Of a stretch of DNA of 64,000 nucleotides, positions 19,020 through 28,006 are shown in pieces (the first letter of the stretch is position 1; each line of letters opens with the position of its first letter). The notes beneath the pieces were generated by a model, which ran no database searches, had not been told where the DNA came from, and was given only the letters and a program-made list of their open reading frames with translations. The position numbers were made by a program, and so were the translations under genes. The stretch is from positions 3,252 through 67,251 of the forward strand of contig CAZMZE010000040.1 in assembly GCA_964570875.1 (NCBI GenBank). The letters are read 5' to 3'. Origin of the DNA: an uncultured Dehalococcoidia bacterium. Its GTDB lineage: Bacteria > Chloroflexota > Dehalococcoidia > Lucifugimonadales > CATQGZ01.

Positions 19020-20114
19020 ATGGAGCGGCCTACTACTAAGTTCAACTGGTTTTTACCAATTGATGGTGATGGATCCCACATTGGTACACTTGAAGCTGAA
19101 CGTCCTCCTACTTTTCAGTACCTTAAATCTGTGGTCGAATCTGCAGAACAAGGCGGTTTCCATTCTCTCCTTGTACCTACTCGATTCGTCAACGGTCTGT
19201 TTGAGGAAAATGCCCCTTTAATGGAAACATGGACAACCGTATCAGCACTGGCATCAGTTACAAAGAAAGCAAGATTTCTAGTCGCAATAAGACCAGGGTT
19301 CATATCACCTGGGTTGTTCGCTAAAATGGCCGCCACCCTTGACCAAATCAGTGGCGGCAGAATTGATATAAATATTGTGCCTGGTGGAATCAAAGGTGAT
19401 TTCGAAAGACTGGGTGAAGACAGTGATCATTCCCACAGGTACTCAAGGGCAGAAGAATTCATAAAAGCATGTCGCCTGCTTTGGTCAGAATCTGGCCCGA
19501 TACATTTCAATGGGTCTTATATAAACTTGAAAGGAGCAGTTTGCTCACCAGGCCCAGTAAAAAACGGACCGAAAATATATTTAGGAGGCGCATCCGAACG
19601 AGCTCTCGGAGTTGCGAGTAGACAGGCAGACATTTATCTCGCATGGATCGATTCGCATGAAGTACTTGCCCACAGGCTCGAGAGAGCGAAAGGTAAATTC
19701 GTTTACGAAAATCGCAAGCCTTTATTTGGATTGCGCACTCACATAGTGGTTAGAAACACCGAAGACAAAGCATGGCGTGCAGCAGAAGATTTAATTAAGC
19801 ACGCTGATCTAAAAGTAAAGACCCAAAGATCTGAAATCAACCCGGCGTCAATACCAATGATCAAAGAAAAGGGAGATTCCAACAACTTTAGAATTGGCCG
19901 ACATCTTTGGAACGGGATTTCGCAAGTACGAGTCAATTGCGGAACGGCCATTGTAGGTACTCCAATACAGGTGGCCGAGGAACTTTTTAATTACTGGAAA
20001 CTAGGATTTGACGAATTCATCTTATCGGGGTTCCCTCATGTGGAAGAATGTAATAGAGTGGCTGAAGACCTTATACCTTTGACACGCGAGTTGATTGAGA
20101 CCGAGCCTCGATGA
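19020..20114 (+). CDS. Luciferase-like flavin monooxygenase (SsuD-like)
   Basis: WFLP, LVAIRPG, AATLDQISGGR, GGASE, FILSGFPH. Confidence 0.9.
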   Translation: MERPTTKFNWFLPIDGDGSHIGTLEAERPPTFQYLKSVVESAEQGGFHSLLVPTRFVNGLFEENAPLMETWTTVSALASVTKKARFLVAIRPGFISPGLFAKMAATLDQISGGRIDINIVPGGIKGDFERLGEDSDHSHRYSRAEEFIKACRLLWSESGPIHFNGSYINLKGAVCSPGPVKNGPKIYLGGASERALGVASRQADIYLAWIDSHEVLAHRLERAKGKFVYENRKPLFGLRTHIVVRNTEDKAWRAAEDLIKHADLKVKTQRSEINPASIPMIKEKGDSNNFRIGRHLWNGISQVRVNCGTAIVGTPIQVAEELFNYWKLGFDEFILSGFPHVEECNRVAEDLIPLTRELIETEPR

Positions 20115-20205
20115 AATATACACCATATAATTCCCCGTAGACAGCATTGCTGATATTTCAATTTCAGCAAACGTTCATGGATGAAAATAACTGACGGAGC
20201 GCATC

Positions 20206-21468
20206 ATGCCCAACGCTGAAATAATTTCAATTGGTTCCGAGCTATTGCTCGGACAGATAGTAGACACAAACTCAGCATGGATGGCCCAAAGACTGAGTGA
20301 GCAAGGCATCAATCTTTTCTATAAAACTATCGTTGGGGACAATCCAACAAGGATGAATGAAGTATTGGATCAAGCATTGGATCGTGCTGACGTAGTGATC
20401 ACGGGTGGTGGTCTCGGCCCTACTCAAGACGATCTCACTAGAGAAGCTATAGCCGATGTAACGGGAAGAAAATTAGTCACGTCAAATGACCTCTTGAGCC
20501 AATTGGAAAACAGATTCCAAAAAAGAGGGATGGTTATGACAAAAAATAACCAACGGCAAGCCAGAATACCAACTGGAGCCATTCCTGTACACAATCCCAA
20601 CGGCACTGCCCCAGCATTCATAGTCGAAGATTCTCGCGGAACAATTTTCGCACTCCCGGGTGTTCCATTCGAATTAAAATGGCTATTCGACAATGAGGTA
20701 TTACCATACTTAAAAAACATATTTAATCTTGACCAAACAATATTTTACAAAGTACTGAAAGTCTCAGAGCTCGGTGAAAGCCGAGTCGATGATCTTATAG
20801 GTCATCTAATTGCTGAATCTTCCAACCCAACTGTCGGAGTTTTGGCCCACCCAGGGCAAGTTGATATCAGAATTGCAGCAAAGGCTTCTAGCACTAAAGA
20901 GGCTATGGATATGATAACCCCTATCGAATCGGAAATTAATGATCTTCTAGGTAGACATGTATTCGCATCCGATGAAGAGACGATTGAGATGATTGTTGGA
21001 AACCTGCTCATGAAAAATTCTCTTTCTGTTTCGGTTTTCGAAAATGTTACTGGGGGAACGCTTGCTAATAGACTCTTAAAAGCCTCATCTTCTCAATTCG
21101 ATACGGGACTGATTGGCAATAGAGACAAAGTCACCAAAGCACTGATTACCAATCACAAGCAACTTGATAATGACTCCATCGGGAATATCCCTCTGGAACA
21201 ACTAACGCGTGAACTAGCTAAATCTATTCAGGAATATGGAAAAAGCGACATTGGATTGGCACTTTATGCCGTGCTAGAGAAAGATGAAAGCAATACCGTT
21301 CAAAATTTGGGTAAGGGACAAACCTACATAGCCGTCACTGACGGTTCACACTACAAACAAAAAACCTATCCCTTTGCCGGTCGAGGCGCGCCTGACCAGA
21401 ACAGAATGAGCTTCAATGCGATGGATCTGCTCAGGGTAGCTTTATTGGAAGGTTTCCAGTCTTCATAG
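20206..21468 (+). CDS. cinA: CinA-family protein (MocF domain plus degenerate PncC domain)
   Basis: IGSELLLGQIVDTN, TGGGLGPTQDD, NGTAP, LPGVP. Confidence 0.88.
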   Translation: MPNAEIISIGSELLLGQIVDTNSAWMAQRLSEQGINLFYKTIVGDNPTRMNEVLDQALDRADVVITGGGLGPTQDDLTREAIADVTGRKLVTSNDLLSQLENRFQKRGMVMTKNNQRQARIPTGAIPVHNPNGTAPAFIVEDSRGTIFALPGVPFELKWLFDNEVLPYLKNIFNLDQTIFYKVLKVSELGESRVDDLIGHLIAESSNPTVGVLAHPGQVDIRIAAKASSTKEAMDMITPIESEINDLLGRHVFASDEETIEMIVGNLLMKNSLSVSVFENVTGGTLANRLLKASSSQFDTGLIGNRDKVTKALITNHKQLDNDSIGNIPLEQLTRELAKSIQEYGKSDIGLALYAVLEKDESNTVQNLGKGQTYIAVTDGSHYKQKTYPFAGRGAPDQNRMSFNAMDLLRVALLEGFQSS

Positions 21469-21594
21469 TCGCTCTATGTCATAAAAGCGACAAATATTTC
21501 GCGGGCAAACCAGGCTCGAAAAATCAACCTCGATTGTGCAACCACAAAAGTTAACTACAATCGGCAGCAGCCAAGAAATTGTTATCAAAAATGT

Positions 21595-21632
21595 ACAGGG
21601 CTTTGAGGCTACTTGCCTCAAAGCCCTGTTTT
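21595..21632. terminator. Bidirectional intrinsic terminator
   Basis: Perfect 15-bp stem ACAGGGCTTTGAGGC/GCCTCAAAGCCCTGT with a 5-nt loop; T-tracts on both strands. Confidence 0.88.
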
Positions 21633-21654
21633 AAAGAGGCGTTCCAAGGAACAC

Positions 21655-21687
21655 CTACTCGGACCGCCTCCTATTACTACTATCCAA
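21655..21687 (-). CDS. Candidate 10-aa micropeptide MDSSNRRRSE
   Basis: TTG start 7 nt downstream of AGAAAGGAGG (21704-21695); TAG stop. Confidence 0.4.
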   Translation of the reverse strand: MDSSNRRRSE

Positions 21688-21753
21688 CGGGCAGCCTCCT
21701 TTCTAGAGACCCTCAGTCAAGCTATCAGCCCACCACAATATGTCTCTGCCACG

Positions 21754-21782
21754 ATTATAATAAAATTTATGAATATTTGTAA
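21754..21782 (-). promoter_or_regulatory. Promoter of the candidate sRNA
   Basis: TTACAA-N17-TATAAT on the minus strand. Confidence 0.6.
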
Positions 21783-21831
21783 TCCTGGTCGTGCTTGAAC
21801 ATATTGAGCATCTAGAATATTACTTAAGGAA

Positions 21832-22197
21832 TTGAGAATGATAGAAAGTATCGCTGGCATAACAATTTGGTCTGAAAACTCTAAAAGCCTTTCTGAATTC
21901 TACAAAAACGTCTTAGAACTACCAATTCATTCCGTAAGGCCTGATTTTGTGTCTTTTAAATTTGGCCCTATCCGATTGAACATAGGGTCCCACTCTAAAG
22001 TAAGATCCAGAGCTCCGGATCCTTTCAGGATAATGCTTAATTTAAGTGTCAATGACATTAAAAATACTTATGAAATATTGTTGACCAAAAAGGTGAAGTT
22101 CATACGTCCACCTGAAAAAGAACACTGGGGAGGTTGGGTAGCCACTTTTTTCGACACCGATGGGAATATTTTACAGCTACTACAGCAACCAAAATAG
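21832..22197 (+). CDS. VOC/glyoxalase family protein
   Basis: FYKNVL...LSVNDI...WGGWVATFFDTDGNILQL. Confidence 0.88.
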   Translation: MRMIESIAGITIWSENSKSLSEFYKNVLELPIHSVRPDFVSFKFGPIRLNIGSHSKVRSRAPDPFRIMLNLSVNDIKNTYEILLTKKVKFIRPPEKEHWGGWVATFFDTDGNILQLLQQPK

Positions 22198-22281
22198 ACA
22201 TGAATACAAATTCCAATATCCTGACCATCACAGATTTCGTTTTATAGCGAGTCCTGATGTTTCATAGTCACTTAAAAACCC

Positions 22282-22309
22282 TTGACATGATTTCCGGGAA
22301 TATGATAAT
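22282..22309 (+). promoter_or_regulatory. Possible promoter of the act operon
   Basis: TTGACA-N16-GATAAT. Confidence 0.5.
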
Positions 22310-22379
22310 TTTCAGTGGTTATTGAATGAATGAAACATCGCGCTCGTAAACAGGAGCCGATGGGGTAGGCAATAGAGAT

Positions 22380-22670
22380 TTGGATCCGTCTTTCATAGGC
22401 GTAAACGAGTGGAACGAAATAGGCAGTGTCCTCACGTATTTGGGGCTTGCAGTGTTGTTCATTGTGATATTCGCTTCTAACATGCTCTTGGGACTTAGCT
22501 TCATCCCATCACATATAATTACTGGAGAAATACCTCCCTCAGCGCACAAGCTAAGGCCTGTTTTCTATTTGGTTGGTATCGTGGCTTTCGTAGTGGCCGT
22601 ATTCTGCCTTATTCAGGCTTTCAATGGAGTAAGTGTCCTAGACCGTATCTGGAACGACTACTGGATATAA
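22380..22670 (+). CDS. Small two-TM membrane protein leading the act operon
   Basis: Two long hydrophobic segments; lies between the promoter and actA. Confidence 0.7.
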   Translation: MDPSFIGVNEWNEIGSVLTYLGLAVLFIVIFASNMLLGLSFIPSHIITGEIPPSAHKLRPVFYLVGIVAFVVAVFCLIQAFNGVSVLDRIWNDYWI

Positions 22671-22712
22671 ATATATGAACAGCAACGTAAAATCACCTAA
22701 CAACTACATGGA

Positions 22713-23393
22713 TTGCACGAATTGATACCTGGAGACTTCCGCATACCTGATAGACCCAGTAATAAGCGTATGGTGCTCCTAGGATTCACTGGCATCATAG
22801 GCTTAGTTGTGATTGCGGGTGCTATATTAGCTGCAACTTACGTTTTATCAGCTTGGTTAGGGCGGCCTGTGATATTTGCTTATGACGAAGGGCCAACGCA
22901 GCCTATAGCCTTTCCGCACACTGTTCATGCCGGATCCGATATACTCCTAGACCCACAGGGGAATCCTAGGCTCGATTCGAATGGTCAGCCAATTACAGGC
23001 CTCGGTCTAGATTGCACATTCTGCCACAGGAACGTTGCGCGAGAAGCGGCCGCATCTATTCCAGCGGTAGACTTTTGCATGTCCTGCCACAAAACTGTTG
23101 GGGATGATAACCAAGAGATTTCGAAATTACGAAACATTCATTCCCAAGGCCAGCCTATCAACTGGATACGTGTACACAGGGTGCCCGACCACGTGCACTT
23201 CGTACACGAAGCTCACATTAGATATTTTTCTGAGAAGGAAGGTAAAGCACCTTCCGAAGTATGCTCTACCTGCCATGGTGACGTGAAATCAATGTCGGTG
23301 GTCACTCAGGTTGAGGACTTGAAAATGAAAGACTGTGTAGATTGCCACCGTGATAACGGTGCACCCACGGATTGTACGACATGCCACTACTAA
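22713..23393 (+). CDS. actA: Alternative complex III pentaheme cytochrome c
   Basis: N-terminal TM, QPIAFPH, five CxxCH (CTFCH, CMSCH, CSTCH, CVDCH, CTTCH). Confidence 0.9.
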   Translation: MHELIPGDFRIPDRPSNKRMVLLGFTGIIGLVVIAGAILAATYVLSAWLGRPVIFAYDEGPTQPIAFPHTVHAGSDILLDPQGNPRLDSNGQPITGLGLDCTFCHRNVAREAAASIPAVDFCMSCHKTVGDDNQEISKLRNIHSQGQPINWIRVHRVPDHVHFVHEAHIRYFSEKEGKAPSEVCSTCHGDVKSMSVVTQVEDLKMKDCVDCHRDNGAPTDCTTCHY

Positions 23394-23430
23394 AATTCAA
23401 AAATATTACAGAGATGGGAAATCAATAATA

Positions 23431-25725
23431 ATGCCGCTAACACGACGGCAATTTCTAACGTTGACTGGTGGTTCTGCTGCTGCTGCTGTTATATTCCAAG
23501 CGTGTGGTGTTCCAGAAGAAGAACTTTTCGTCCAATCACCACTGGAAATGCCCGAAGACATGGTTACAGGTTTGCAAAACTGGTACGCGACCACATGCAA
23601 CCAATGTCCCAGTGGAGAAGGCATAGTAGTAAAAGTGGTTGAGGGACGGGCGAAAAAAATAGAAGGTAACATCGACCACCCAATCAACCAAGGAGCCCAC
23701 AGTGCAAGGTGCGAGGCTGGACTGCAAGCACTATACCACCCGGATCGAATCAAGGGGCCTATGGTTCGGTCAGGCCCACGAGGGTCGGGGAATTTTGAAG
23801 AGATTAGTTGGACCGATGCTATAAGTAGGTTGAACTTACAACTCGGTGAATTAAAGCAACAGGGCAATCAATCACAAGTAGTTGTAGTTACAGATCCGTT
23901 ACGGGGCCATATAGGTTCCCTGGTCAACCGATTTGTAGACGGCTTAGGCGCTAGGTACATGCCATACGAACCAGTTGACCAAACTGGAGTGCAGGAAGCC
24001 ATGAATCAGGTTTGGGGCCAAAGTCTTATGCCTGATCTCGACATACAAAATTCAGCATACGTTTTGTCATTTGGATCAGACTGGTTAAACACATGGGGAT
24101 CACCTGTTCGCTACTCGAAAGGCTATGGTGAATTCAGGCAAGGTCACCATCATAGAGGAACGTTAATTCACGCTGACTCTCGATTCTCCATGACTGCTGC
24201 TAACGCTGACCAATGGATTCATGTCGAGCCTGGAATGGAAGGCTTGCTAGCTCTCAGTATTGCCCAAGTCATCGCCACGGAGGATTTGGGAGACCGGAAA
24301 GCAATTTCAGCATTGACGAGTGGCCCTGGTTTTGACCTAGATAAATTCGCTCCAGCAATAGTTGCAAGTAAAATTTCAAAATCTGTTGACCCTGTGCAAA
24401 TGCAGGAACTGATCAACCAAACAGCTATTGACTTCGCCACCCAGCATAACGGGCCTAGTATTGCATTCGGAGGCGGGGCTGTAGCGGGGCAAACAAACGG
24501 CCTAGCCAACTTGATTGCCATATATTCTCTTAATTACATAGTCGGTAGTGTCGGGAAATCTGGAGGGATTGTTTTTAACCCAACATCTCCCCTTGAAGGC
24601 ATCACTGCAAATCCAAGAAAGAAATCATTTGCTGACTGGAAAAAGCTTACTCAGGACATGTCTGATGGTAAGGTCAAAGCCATGCTAGTTCGCGGAACTG
24701 ATCCATTCTACGGAATGCCAGACATTACCAATTTTAGGGAGGCATCGTTTAAAGTACCATACATTTTTAGTTTTTCAGGAGTCATGGATGACACTACTGC
24801 CATGGCTGATTTAATTATGCCTGAACACAATCCACTTGAGTCATGGGGTACCGACATCCCTTCTCCAGGACCCGGATACCAAGTAGTTGGTTTTCAGCAA
24901 CCGGTAGTTCGTCCATTCTTTGAGAGTCGAGGCGAACACCTCGGTACAAAAGACTTTGGTGATGTAATAATCAACATCAGCCGAGAACTAGGAATTGATA
25001 TTGGTACAGACGCAGATTCCTTCAAGGATTTGATACAGGAAAGTTGTAAAGAACTCTATGAACTAAAAAGAGGGTCGGTTTCAGCTTCAGACTTCAATTC
25101 TTTTTGGCACGGAGTTCTTCAGCGAGGTGGGTGGTGGGACACAAATGCAACTTACCGTGCAAGTTCTTCACAAAGTCCTTCTCCGTTAATGGTCCCTAAA
25201 GACCCTGTGTTCGACGGTGATAAAACAAATTATCCTATGCACCTAGTGCCATTTCAATCTACTTCTTTAACTGATGGCAGAGGAGCAGCTCTCCCATGGC
25301 TTCAAGCAACACCTGACCCTATATCTACGGCTACGTGGAGTACATGGGCAGAAATTAATGATTCTGTGGCCAAAGAAAATGATATAAAAGAAGGGGATGT
25401 GATCAAGATTAGTTCCACGCACGGCTCAATAGAAGCCATCTCCTATCCTAACCCTGCGACACCTTTCGATGTGATATCTGTACCGATAGGACAAGGTCAC
25501 AGAGAGAGCGGTCGTTATGCGAAAGATCGAGGTTCCAACGTTCTATCAATATTGGGTAGCGATACCGATGAATCTGGAAATTTGGCTTGGGGGGCTGTAC
25601 GTGTAAGTATCGAGAAAACTGGAAACTGGATTCGATTACCTAAATTCGAAAATCATGTGCCCAGTCACCCTGAAGACGATCATCAAGAAATAATAAAAAT
25701 AGCCCCAGATTCTTCGAAACACTAA
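23431..25725 (+). CDS. ACIII molybdopterin-oxidoreductase-like subunit (ActB1, split)
   Basis: Tat motif TRRQFL, lipobox FQAC, KIEGNxDHP, LYHPDR, PWLQATPDP, C-terminal MGD-binding-like domain. Confidence 0.85.
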   Translation: MPLTRRQFLTLTGGSAAAAVIFQACGVPEEELFVQSPLEMPEDMVTGLQNWYATTCNQCPSGEGIVVKVVEGRAKKIEGNIDHPINQGAHSARCEAGLQALYHPDRIKGPMVRSGPRGSGNFEEISWTDAISRLNLQLGELKQQGNQSQVVVVTDPLRGHIGSLVNRFVDGLGARYMPYEPVDQTGVQEAMNQVWGQSLMPDLDIQNSAYVLSFGSDWLNTWGSPVRYSKGYGEFRQGHHHRGTLIHADSRFSMTAANADQWIHVEPGMEGLLALSIAQVIATEDLGDRKAISALTSGPGFDLDKFAPAIVASKISKSVDPVQMQELINQTAIDFATQHNGPSIAFGGGAVAGQTNGLANLIAIYSLNYIVGSVGKSGGIVFNPTSPLEGITANPRKKSFADWKKLTQDMSDGKVKAMLVRGTDPFYGMPDITNFREASFKVPYIFSFSGVMDDTTAMADLIMPEHNPLESWGTDIPSPGPGYQVVGFQQPVVRPFFESRGEHLGTKDFGDVIINISRELGIDIGTDADSFKDLIQESCKELYELKRGSVSASDFNSFWHGVLQRGGWWDTNATYRASSSQSPSPLMVPKDPVFDGDKTNYPMHLVPFQSTSLTDGRGAALPWLQATPDPISTATWSTWAEINDSVAKENDIKEGDVIKISSTHGSIEAISYPNPATPFDVISVPIGQGHRESGRYAKDRGSNVLSILGSDTDESGNLAWGAVRVSIEKTGNWIRLPKFENHVPSHPEDDHQEIIKIAPDSSKH

Positions 25726-25783
25726 AGAATCTGAGGCATAAAGTGTCGGGCAGCCGATACTTAGCTAGTAGGAGCAGTATTTA

Positions 25784-26515
25784 ATGGGCGACAAAAGTTG
25801 GGGAATGGTAATAGACATAGACAAATGTACTGGATGTCAGGCTTGTGTTGTAGCCTGTCAGGCTGAAAACAACATTCCTATCAATGAAGAAGAGCACTTC
25901 AACCAGCGTCGTGCCATTGAATGGATAAGAGTTGAGAGATACTGGGAAGGCGAATTCCCAAACGTCAAGGCCCGATTCATACCTGTATTATGTCAACACT
26001 GTGATGAAGCACCTTGCGAACCGGTGTGTCCCGTATACGCAACTTATCATAATGATCAGGGGTTAAACGTCCAGGTTTACAATCGTTGCGTCGGTACTCG
26101 ATTCTGTGCTAACAACTGCCCCTATCATGTTAGGTTTTTCAATTTCTGGGAGCCTTCTTGGCCAGATTCATTAAAAAACCAATTGAACTCAGATGTAACA
26201 GTCCGAAGCAGGGGTATCATGGAAAAATGCACATTCTGTGTGCAACGTATTCGGCGTAATGAGCGTGAATCTGAACGAGATAACAAGACTCCTGAAATAC
26301 GAGACATAAATCCAGCGTGTGTGAACTCATGTCCAACAGCGGCTCTGACATTCGGAGATTTGAATGATCCAGAAAGTAATGTCTCCAAATTGAAAGAATC
26401 CGAAGAAGGGGATGATGGCCGTGCATATCGCCTATTGGAATCTTACGGTACAAAACCGAGTGTTATTTACTTAAAGAAAGTTGAAAAAGGAACAGAAACT
26501 GTCAGCCATGGATAG
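25784..26515 (+). CDS. ACIII iron-sulfur subunit (ActB2, split)
   Basis: CTGCQAC, CQHC..APC, CVGTRFC (3Fe-4S type as in ActB), CTFC; VTVRSRGIMEKC. Confidence 0.9.
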   Translation: MGDKSWGMVIDIDKCTGCQACVVACQAENNIPINEEEHFNQRRAIEWIRVERYWEGEFPNVKARFIPVLCQHCDEAPCEPVCPVYATYHNDQGLNVQVYNRCVGTRFCANNCPYHVRFFNFWEPSWPDSLKNQLNSDVTVRSRGIMEKCTFCVQRIRRNERESERDNKTPEIRDINPACVNSCPTAALTFGDLNDPESNVSKLKESEEGDDGRAYRLLESYGTKPSVIYLKKVEKGTETVSHG

Positions 26516-27941
26516 CCCACAAGTCAATAACGGGGAACAAGCGAACCTGGAAACCCCTGCAGGGGTAGTCCACGATCTGTTGGATAGACACGAAAAGACT
26601 TCAACTCTTTTCTGGAGATGCACAGCAGCTCTAGCAGTTCTTTCAATAATTGGGATGATCGGATTTATCCTGCGTATTTTAGATGGAGTAAGCGACAAAT
26701 CGATCTGGGGCTACTACGTAGCCACTTTTGCATTCATTCTTACAACCGCTCAAGCAGCTCCAATGGTAGCAATCGCGCCCCGTATAGCAAAAGCTCACTG
26801 GAGAAGATCTATCTCTCGAGCTGCAGAGCTATGGTCAGCTACCGGAATATTGAGTTTGATACTGTTCATACCGATGATATGGATCCTTCCAGGTCTCGAT
26901 GATGGTCGTCTCAGTTTGTGGTTTTTCGATCCCAATGATCCAAGCTTCTCGAAGGTGCCGATACATTCTCCTCAAATTTGGGCAACTCTTGCGCTAGTGG
27001 CCTTAATCATCACGGGTATATTTCTCTTGTGGGTGTCAGCGCTACCCGACCTGGCTGCTATGAGGGACAATTTAACCGGATGGAGACAAAGGCTTGCAAC
27101 TAAAATGGCTTTTGGATGGAGAGGCACCTCCCAACAATGGAATATGCTTTACCACAGACAGGGCATCCTGAGCGCGTTCTATTTCATGATGTTGATTTTT
27201 GTGCATTTTTTAATTAGCGTAGACTTTTTGATGACTCTCGTGCCCGGATGGATAGATGCATTGTATCCGGCTACCCATGCCGCCAATGCCTTACAGGCCG
27301 GAGCCGCAACAATGCTTTTGACCATGTTCTTCCTCAGAAAATTCGGTGGATATCGGTCATACATAGGGCACGATCAATTCTGGGGACTGGGCAAATTAAT
27401 GTTCGCTCTCTCATTGCTATGGTTCTGGTTCTGGTTTTCAAGTTTTATCGTGTTCTGGTATGGGAAAAAACCGAACGAACAGGCAGTTCTTGAACTATTG
27501 ATGGTTGGCCCTTATATGCCCATATTCATAGGCACCTTCGTAACCGTTTTTGTGATTCCGCTGCTAACTATGATATGGAATCCCTTACGTCGGAGTATTT
27601 GGGGACCAACAATCATTGCTGTTTCAGTACTGGTCGGAACATTCCTAGACAGAGTAAGATTATATGTATCAGCATATTCGGTTCCCGGTATCGGTGAACC
27701 ATTGATAGACAAGAAGCATGGCATGAAGCTTGAATCAGTCAAGGAAATGGAAGCCGTATTGCCCCAGATACCTGATATTTTCATTATTATAGGATCTATT
27801 TCAGCTGTGATCCTTATATACTTACTAGCGTCAAGAATAATACCTGTGATCAACATCTGGGAGCAAAGAGAAATTCTGCTGTACAAAGTACACAAGAAAT
27901 TCTTTAGAACAGAAGTTATGATTCTTGGTAAGAAAGATTAG
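26508..27941 (+). CDS. actF: NrfD/PsrC-family membrane subunit lacking the quinol-site motif (ActF role)
   Basis: About 10 TM; homologous to the downstream ActC but without HxGRPW. Confidence 0.72.
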   Translation: MDSPQVNNGEQANLETPAGVVHDLLDRHEKTSTLFWRCTAALAVLSIIGMIGFILRILDGVSDKSIWGYYVATFAFILTTAQAAPMVAIAPRIAKAHWRRSISRAAELWSATGILSLILFIPMIWILPGLDDGRLSLWFFDPNDPSFSKVPIHSPQIWATLALVALIITGIFLLWVSALPDLAAMRDNLTGWRQRLATKMAFGWRGTSQQWNMLYHRQGILSAFYFMMLIFVHFLISVDFLMTLVPGWIDALYPATHAANALQAGAATMLLTMFFLRKFGGYRSYIGHDQFWGLGKLMFALSLLWFWFWFSSFIVFWYGKKPNEQAVLELLMVGPYMPIFIGTFVTVFVIPLLTMIWNPLRRSIWGPTIIAVSVLVGTFLDRVRLYVSAYSVPGIGEPLIDKKHGMKLESVKEMEAVLPQIPDIFIIIGSISAVILIYLLASRIIPVINIWEQREILLYKVHKKFFRTEVMILGKKD

Positions 27942-28006
27942 GAATCGAAGTATATTAAAACTGTAATCTGCACAACAATTAGATAGCCAAGGTGGAATAA
28001 CCAGAA

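Larger units (their letters stand above)
21586..21748 (-). ncRNA. Candidate ~160-nt structured small RNA / micro-mRNA
   Basis: Own promoter, three hairpins (two extended by G-U pairs only on the minus strand), terminator, central AGAAAGGAGG. Confidence 0.6.

Noticed and set aside
21691-21710. Possible 16S rRNA 3'-end fragment (CCTCCTTTCTAGAGA)
   Set aside because: Upstream sequence does not continue as 16S; better explained as a minus-strand Shine-Dalgarno.
21579-21798. Plus-strand ORFs of 67 and 61 aa
   Set aside because: They run through a strong terminator, lack an RBS and are antisense to the candidate sRNA.
22675-22725. 16-codon ORF overlapping the actA start, possible frameshift
   Set aside because: ActA is complete from the TTG; nothing suggests a missing domain.
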